From Veleropilina oligotropha (Eukaryota), in contig JBEUKZ010000077.1 of NCBI GenBank assembly GCA_048128005.1, positions 1 to 64,000 on the forward strand: 64,000 nucleotides of DNA, read 5' to 3'. Under the pieces are notes generated by a model. That model did not search any database, was not told the DNA's origin, and saw only the letters and a list, made by a program, of their open reading frames with translations. Below are positions 27,401-36,400 of this stretch, in pieces. Made by a program: the position numbers and the translations under genes. Within the stretch, counting starts at the first letter, position 1. Each line of letters starts with the position of its first letter.

Positions 27401-30400
27401 TTGTAGGTTGATCCTACCGTAAAACCAATTGAAAACTTTAATGCCGAACAAGATGCTGAGGCTCTCAGGAAAGCCATGAAAGGCTTAGGTAAGCAAACAT
27501 ACATATCAGGACCATCATGAAAGACTAGATGTGGTTAGATAATGTCAAGAATGCCCTGATATGGATACATAATATCTACTTGACCAACATCACTTTCCCA
27601 TAGGTTTTAACAGTTAGTTAAAAGCAATCTCTATACATCAACACATGTTAAAATTCATTACATGAAAAACCTATATCCCAATGTAAATGTTTCTATATAT
27701 ATATTGTTCTCAATATATATTTATATATTGATGTGCCATGGTAATCAATTGATTTATGTTGTCCCTAAAAATTACCTCGCACCAAGTGCATTTTTATCAG
27801 GTGTGTAGATTCATTCCTTTTTAAATCAGTAATGTATTTGTTATTAATTTTGATGTGATACTACTCCTTGTACATATCCAAGTCTCATTACTATTGTTTG
27901 TATTTAACAGGCACAGACGAGCAGGCAATCATCAATGTTCTCGGCTACAGGTCCACCGAGCAGACACTACAGATTAGCCAAACGTTCAAGACCATGTTTG
28001 GAAAGGTATGTTTAGCTGTGTATATCTATTATTATTATTGGATGTTTAGCTGTGTATATCTATTATTATTATTGGATGTTTAGCTGTGTATATCTATTAT
28101 TATTATTGGATGTTTAGCTGTGTATAACTATTATGATTATTGGATGTTTAGCTGTGTATAACTATTATTATTATTGGATGTTTAGCTGTGTATATCTATT
28201 ATTATTATTGGATGTTTAGCTGTGTATAGCTATTATTATTATTGGATGTTTAGCTGTGTATATCTATTATTATTATTGGATGTTTAGCTGTGTATAACTA
28301 TTATTATTATTGGATGTTTAGCTGTGTATAACTATTATTATTATTGGATGTTTAGCTGTGTATATCTATTATTATTATTGGATGTTTAGCTGTGTATATC
28401 TATTATTATTGTTGGATGTTTAGCTGTGTATATCTATTATTATTATTGGATGTTTAGCTGTGTATAACTATTATTATTATTGGATGTTTAGCTGTGTATA
28501 ACTATTATTATTATTGGATGTTTAGCTGTGTATAACTATTATTATTATTGGATGTTTAGCTGTGTATAACTATTATTATTATTGGATGTTTAGCTGTGTA
28601 TAACTATTATTATTATTGGATGTTTAGCTGTGTATAACTATTATTATTATTGGATGTTTAGCTGTGTATATCTATTATTATTATTGGATGTTTAGCTGTG
28701 TATAACTATTATTATTGGATGTTTAGCTGTGTATATCTATTATTATTATTGGATGTTTAGCTGTGTATAACTATTATTATTATTGGATGTTTAGCTGTGT
28801 ATAACTATTATTATTATTGGATTTTTAGCTGTGTATAACTATTATTATTATTGGATGTTTAGTTGTGTATAACTATTATTATTATTGGATGTTTAGCTGT
28901 GTATAACTATTATTATTATTGGATGTTTAGCTGTGTATAACTATTATTATTACTGGATGTTTAGCTGTGTATAACTATTATTATTATTGGATGTTTAGCT
29001 GTGTATAACTATTATTATTATTGGATGTTTAGCTGTGTATAACTATTATTATTATTGGATGTTTAGCTGTGTATAACTATCATTATTATTGGATGTTTAG
29101 CTGTGTATATCTATTATTATTATTGGATGTTTAGCTGTGTATAACTATTATTATTATTGGATGTTTAGCTGTGTATAACTATTATTATTATTGGATGTTT
29201 AGCTGTGTATATCTATTATTATTATTGGATGTTTAGCTGTGTATATCTATTATTATTATTGGATGTTTAGCTGTGTATATCTATTATTATTATTGGATGT
29301 TTAGCTGTCGATAACTATTATTATTATTGAATGTTTAGCTGTGTATATCTATTATTATTATTGGATGTTTAGCTGTGTATAACTATTATTATTATTGGAT
29401 GTTTAGCTGTGTATAACTATTATTATTATTGGATGTTTAGCTGTGTATATCTATTATTATTATTGGATGTTTAGCTGTGTATAACTATTATTATTATTGG
29501 ATGTTTAGCTGTGTATAACTATTATTATTATTGGATGTTTAGCTGTGTATATCTATTATTATTATTGGCAGGATTGGATTGGATAATAATAATAATAATA
29601 ATAATATAATAATATACTTTATTTCAAGAAGGTAACTTATTTAGCTACAATGTAGCTAATCTCCCATAAGGCCCTCAAAACTATAAGCATTAAAATAAAA
29701 TAGAAATAAAATATATACAATATATATACACCATGTAAAACTGACATCATGCAAATAGAATTGACAAGAAATGACAGTCAGTATTATAATGTCAATCATA
29801 AATCTGACCTAAATGTATTCTGAAAAATATAGTCAAAACATGCATTTTTAAATTGAAATAATGTTGAATTGAAATAATGTCGATGCTCAATGTCCTGTAT
29901 ATTTACAACCTTCCAGTTGAAGACAGGACATGTCCATATTATCGTGGTAGGACAGCCCGGTTGTCTGGGGAAATGATAACTGAACAAAGAATGCTATTAC
30001 CCCGACCGAGATTCGAACACGCATACTCCGGTTAGTCAGAGAGGTGAAGCCAGTGATTTCAGAGTCGGCAATCGAGACCATAAGCCTATGTAATGATGAT
30101 GTACGTCTGCCCGGCGGCCGGCCGTTCGCAGTGAATGTTAAAGTTTTTAAACCATGCTATGTGGGTAATCATATGCTCTCTTTATCATAATATTATTGTA
30201 GATATGTCTATTCCCATGTTGCGCAACACTACATTAGTAATATTGAATATAATTTAAATAAAATTTTGCTTCAAAATGATGCTTTTGGACTTAGAAATTT
30301 TGAATGTTAAAGTTTTTCAATAATGATGTATATAGGCAAACGTGCACTCGTTATCGTCGTTTTATATGACATATGTGTACTCCAATGTTGCACGACACTA

Positions 30401-33400
30401 TAACAGTAACATGGAATGTTATTTAAATCAAATTTTACTTCAAAGTGCTACTTCTGGACTTAGATATATTTTGTTAAAGTTTTTGGTTAAAGTTTTTCAA
30501 CGATGTTATAATATCTGACATTGAAACTTTTGAGAATCTTTGAACATTAGATATGTTTATTTCAATATCCCATGGCAGACAGTATTATTTAAGGTAAATT
30601 AAATATATTTTATCACCAAACAAATTGAGATTTTAACCTGGAAAATTTATAAAGTTAAATGTTGAAGTTTTTTTCTCAAGGTTACATTTACAATCACTTG
30701 TATGTTTTCAATTTTTTGCTCGCATGTAACGCAGATGCGGGTCTATGTAATGATGATGTACGTCCCGCCCGTCAGGCTGTCTGTCCGTCCGTCCGCAGTG
30801 AATGTTAAAGTTTTTCAATGATGCTATATAGGCAACCCTATGCTCTCTTTATCATAATTTTATTGTAGATATGTCTATTCTCATGTTGCACAACACTACA
30901 CTAGTAATATTGAAGGTAATTTAAATAAAATTTTACTTCAAAATGATGCTTTTGAACTTAGAAATTATGAATGTTAAAGTTTTTCAATTATAATGCAAAA
31001 TCATGGAGCTATTCGTTTATGGGTAATAATTATGATAGAATATTTTTTATTTATTTGTCAAGAGTGTCAAGCGTGAAGCACTTGCACATTAAACATGCTT
31101 ATTACAGGCACGTAGCGCCTGTCATAAATAATAAATTTTGAAATTTAAATTTTCATTTCTCGGGTTAGCGTAAATATGACGTCATCGCGCTACATTTCAA
31201 ATCGGCGGAATGTCGTCTTGGCAACGTTCAGAATGATTCGGAGCATAGCGGAATTTACCGATCGAATCAAACTTGGGCCAGGACACGAAACGGTCAAAGT
31301 TGAGCCAATATAATTATGTACTAGTTGGACAATATTGAAAAAGATACTAAGGCATTCTATTAAATATTGGTTTTGTAATTAGTTTTAATAATTATATGTA
31401 CATACATACTGAGGCCGCTTCGGCAGCGCAATGGGTAAGAGTGTCCACTCTAAATTCACTGGCTTGATTCCACTAATGCGAACAGTAGTGGGTTCAATAC
31501 CTGGCTGAGGCATTGACATTTGTCCAAGTTATAAATCACAGTTGTCTGCGACTGGCCAAAGTTGGCGGGTTTACCCAGGGTTTCCTCCCGCGATAACACG
31601 GACATGTCCTGCCTTGAACCTCGATGTTGTAAATATACAGGACATTAAACATCATTCCTCTCACATACATACTGTATGTTATATCTGATTGCTCGTTTCT
31701 AGGTAGCACCTACAACATATTATGACAATGAAGTAACCGAGTGTGTAGAAGCGATATACTCCTATCTCAACTTGCTCCGATTGGGCTGGCTTCAGAGCAG
31801 TTGCTTAGAATCAAAGACTTTATAGAGTTATAGCAATCACAATGTTCCCTAACTGGCCAGTGGTTGGTATAAAATGTAAAGGTGTCAAATTGGATATTAA
31901 AAGCCAATCCAACCAAAAGACACCAAATCCGAATATCCAAGGTCGATTATCTTCATTGGGCAGGCAACTCGGGTCCTTATTGCTTTTATTTCTTATATGC
32001 ATAAAGCATTCTATATCTATATATATTCCTTGCAATTAGTCAAAAGCAAATATAATTCCACAAAATCAATATTTGGGGAAAATTTCAAAACATTTCTAGT
32101 GTTTTAGCTTTAAAGTTCATTTTTCATAAGCACTGTTTTTATTTCAGGATCTGATCAAGGAGTTGAAGTCGGAGTTGAGCGGCTCCATCTGCGATCTGTG
32201 CACCGGCAGGTGTCTGTCGTCGCCAGACTTCGATGCCAAACAGCTGAACAAAGCCATTAAGGTAGGAAGACGGGCTGCTAGGGCATAGTCATACGTCTGC
32301 CAATGTATGTAGATACCAGCAGGATGGTATATAGAATCATTGTATCCTCAGACAATGGACAATAATATGATTTTGGGTCTGTTTCGCCGCAGAGATTTCT
32401 TGTATGCGAACTATAATCAGCAGTTATATTCCGATTTGTTTTAACTTTAATAAGTACATTAGTTATAATGAGGTCACGACCACTAATGATCAAGGATTGT
32501 GTTGCAGGGTCTGGGTACAGATGAGAAGGTGCTGGTGGAGGTGATCTGCACGAGAACGAACCAGCAGATCAAAGACTTCAAGGCGGCGTACAAAACAAGT
32601 AAGCTTGGAATTCATTTTTTCCTGCAAAGTATTATGATTGCTTATTATTTTATCTGGCGATATCTTGTTTACTCGTATGATTGATTTATGTTGATAAGTG
32701 GCTTTGACCGGAAGTCGAACACACATTATTGAAGCAGCGGGATAGCTCTCAAGTTCATGCAGATGTGGAGACATATTCTTGTCAGAGGGACAAGATTGTA
32801 TATATAAAATATCTTTCTTTTTGCGAGAAATACGCTATTTTGTAAATAACTTCTTCAGCAATGTTATTTTGTTTGTGATCTAAACAAATATCTTATTAAT
32901 CATTGCCATGGATATCGGAGAGAACTCGACCTTTTCCATAAAAGCCGTCGAGAGGAATTGCGCTCATGACATCGTCTGCTGGGTCCAATGTAATTAATAT
33001 AATGGCATGATTTGCTTGGAAAATGTGAAAAACAACACTGTAGCAATGGTTAGTTACTTTGATTGGAAAGTTAATTATTGCTCAAATTACAAGCAACATA
33101 AACTCACTGTCGAATCTTCGCCTTGGTACCAACGATATGTTTATACCATTAATAAGAAAGAACGCTAATGTAGTTAATAGATGTATGTATTGCAACAGAG
33201 CATTTGTATACAAGTACAAGCACATCATCATGAATACCAATAAACTAATAAAGCATACGAAACAATCATATACTACAAATAACTAATTAACATGAAAACA
33301 ACAATATATATAATATCATACTTATCATGTGGCTTGACGACTGACTCAGCTGTTCATAATGAAATTTGAATAAACGAAAGTTTACGTTATCCCCAACAGA

Positions 33401-36400
33401 ATATTACTACATGCATCCAGAGTTGGAAGTCTCCCCGTGGTCAGGAGTTCCCCCGATACTCGGCAGTGTATCGTCATCAGCGTAACTGAACAAACTCTTG
33501 ATGAATGCAAGATTGCATGTAAATCTAAGAATTTGGATCATCCACGTGCCGACGTGAAAGATCCCCGGTATGTGTACCGCCAACAACGATGGTTGTTAAA
33601 ACTCCACGATCTACATGAATCTCCAGTACGGTTATAAGTCGGAACATCCGTGAATAGAAGTGCCCCGGAACTGCAAATGTGTACGACAACTACGATGGTA
33701 GTCAAACTGCGAAATATGCGTTAATTATTGCTCAAATTACAAGCAACATAAACTCACTGTCGAATCTTCGCCTTGGTACCAACGATATGTTGTACACTTT
33801 TCATGTCATACGATGCATATTGTACTGTAAATATTGCTGGACAACTTATAATAAAAATATTTCTTTTGAAATCATGTTATAATAATGATGGGCTTAAATG
33901 TTTGTTGTTATTCTATATTTCGGCCCATATATTTCAGTGTTCCAGAAGGATTTAGAGAAGGATATCGCAGGGGACACATCAGGCCATTTCAAGCGCATTT
34001 TGGTTGCATTGCTTCAGGCAAATCGCGAGGAGAGTTCGACGTTTGATCGCAACAAGGCCAAGCAGGATGCCCAGGCTCTGTTCGATGCGGGTGAGAAGAA
34101 GTGGGGTACTGATGAGTCCAGATTCAACGTGGTGCTGGTGTCGAGGAGCTACGCCCAGCTACGGGCTACGTTCCAGGAGTACGCCAAGATCTCGCAGAAG
34201 GATATCGAGGAGGCCATCAAGAGCGAGATGTCTGGAGACATCCGAGACAGCATGCTGACGATAGGTAATGCTATATATATATTTCTCGCACCTGAGATAA
34301 GACTGATCCCATTTTTTAACGGTGCTGGAAAATTCTATCCCGAACACTTTGTATACATACGCTAATGCTGTCTAGCACACTTTGTATACCTACGCACGTC
34401 ATCTGCAATGTTTGGAACCAAAAATGGTGGATCGAAACATAAAAAACCCACGTACTGAGGCTAACATCTCTCTATAATATCTATATCGCATTCAACCACG
34501 CATGTACGCTACACCCGAAACACCACACCGATGTCTCATAACTATCTACAAAACTTACCATGGCTTTAAGTTTATACCTGCAGACTATAGCTACTCCAAC
34601 GCTGAAAATTCATTCTACATAGCTGACACAATTCCGTGAAAATCCCAGCAAAACACGTCCTTCGTTTGCAAATTGTCCGCTTGATGTAAACAAATTTAAA
34701 TGCACCATGAAGCGTATGGCAGCAAATACGAACATAATTACAGAGCGATCGATGCTTCACAAACACTTCTGTCAGAATGTACTTAATTATGACAACAATT
34801 TCTGGAAAATAAGTCAATGGCAGACATGCAGATCGACAGCAACAAATTATAAACAGACAACATTGCCTCTGAAAAGTGACGTCACTTCTTGTCAGTTCAA
34901 TAGTTCTAGCATTTTTAATCTACGTTATGATTTTAAATATTTAGCGTTTTGTCGACTTTTTCAATTATTAATATTTTAAAGTTACTAATGAAATTGAGTA
35001 AATATTTATTCCATAAGTACGGAACTATATTTGATTGCTTCAGAAGAACAGCTGACAGCTGGTGAGTGATTGGGCTTTTGTAATACTCGTATTCTTACTG
35101 TATGCAAGGTAAACAAATATCGAAGTAGCCTTAAAAAGTAACATCACCTCATGCATAGTGATAGTTCGAGCTTTTTATTACCCTATGCTATGAATTTAAA
35201 TATTTTACAATTATTATTATTTAATAATACTAAAGAATTGTATAAATATTTATTCCATAAGTACATAATTATATTCGATTGCATCGGAAGAACTACTGGT
35301 GAGTGATTGGGTTATTTGAATACGCAAGGTAAACACATAAAAATAACTTTTTCAAGCTTTTTGAGGTGCGAGAAAAATAATCAAGCCCCACATTTGAGTT
35401 CCAGATAGAGAAATATCAGTCTCGGGTGTGATGGTGCAACATCTCAACCTCGGCTAACGCCTCGGTTGTGATTTGTTGCATCATCCCACCCTCGACTGAT
35501 ATTTCTCTATCTGGAACTCAATGTAGTGCTTGATTCTATTATTATAATATACTCAACCAAAAAAGAAACGCACACCCCACTTTTATTGAATTTCAATACT
35601 ATGTTAGGAAATTGTGAAAAATGAATGCAAGAAGACATTTCTCAGACACTAACATTATTTTGTTCATTATAGAAATGGAGGCAAAGCCATCTATGTCCCC
35701 CGTAATGGTGCACTCACAATTGTGACCTCCATCACAAAGTCGGTCGCATGTCACCATTTTTCAAAATTGAGATTTTAACATATCTCATTAGCTGTGAACA
35801 TACTGAGTATTCTGGTGGTTATGACTCTTGTAGGGGGACAACTATATGACAGTTAGCATGACGTCATTATGCTAATTAAGGAGAAAATTGCGTTTCAAAT
35901 GTTTGAGCGTTCTTTATTATGCCATGTTATAAACTCCTTGATAACGTACATTTTTTGTCATATATTCTTGAAATTTTTCATCTACAAATTAAAGATATGA
36001 TTATCAGCAAAATTTTACATTTCTGACAATCGGTGGTGGTTTTATACCGCCATCATGGCAAATGTCATTTTAGACGTTTTAGCCGAAAATATTACTCACA
36101 TAAAGCATGCCGCGTAACATGAACAACTAGTTGACATTGCTCACATAAAGCATGCCGCGTAACATGAACAACTAGCTGACATTACTCACCATCAAGCATG
36201 CCGCAGAACATGAACAACTAGCTGACATTACTCACCATAAAGCATGCCGCGGAACATGAACAACTAGCTGACATTACTCACCATAAAGCATGCAGCCGAA
36301 CATGAACAACTAGCTGACATTACTCACCATAAAGCATGCCGCAGAACATGAACAACTAGCTGACATTACTCACCATAAAGCATGCCGTGGAACATGAACA

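Noticed and set aside
35547..36085. Tc1/mariner-like terminus (tatactcaaccaaaaaagaaacgca)
   Set aside because: No matching second TIR or transposase found
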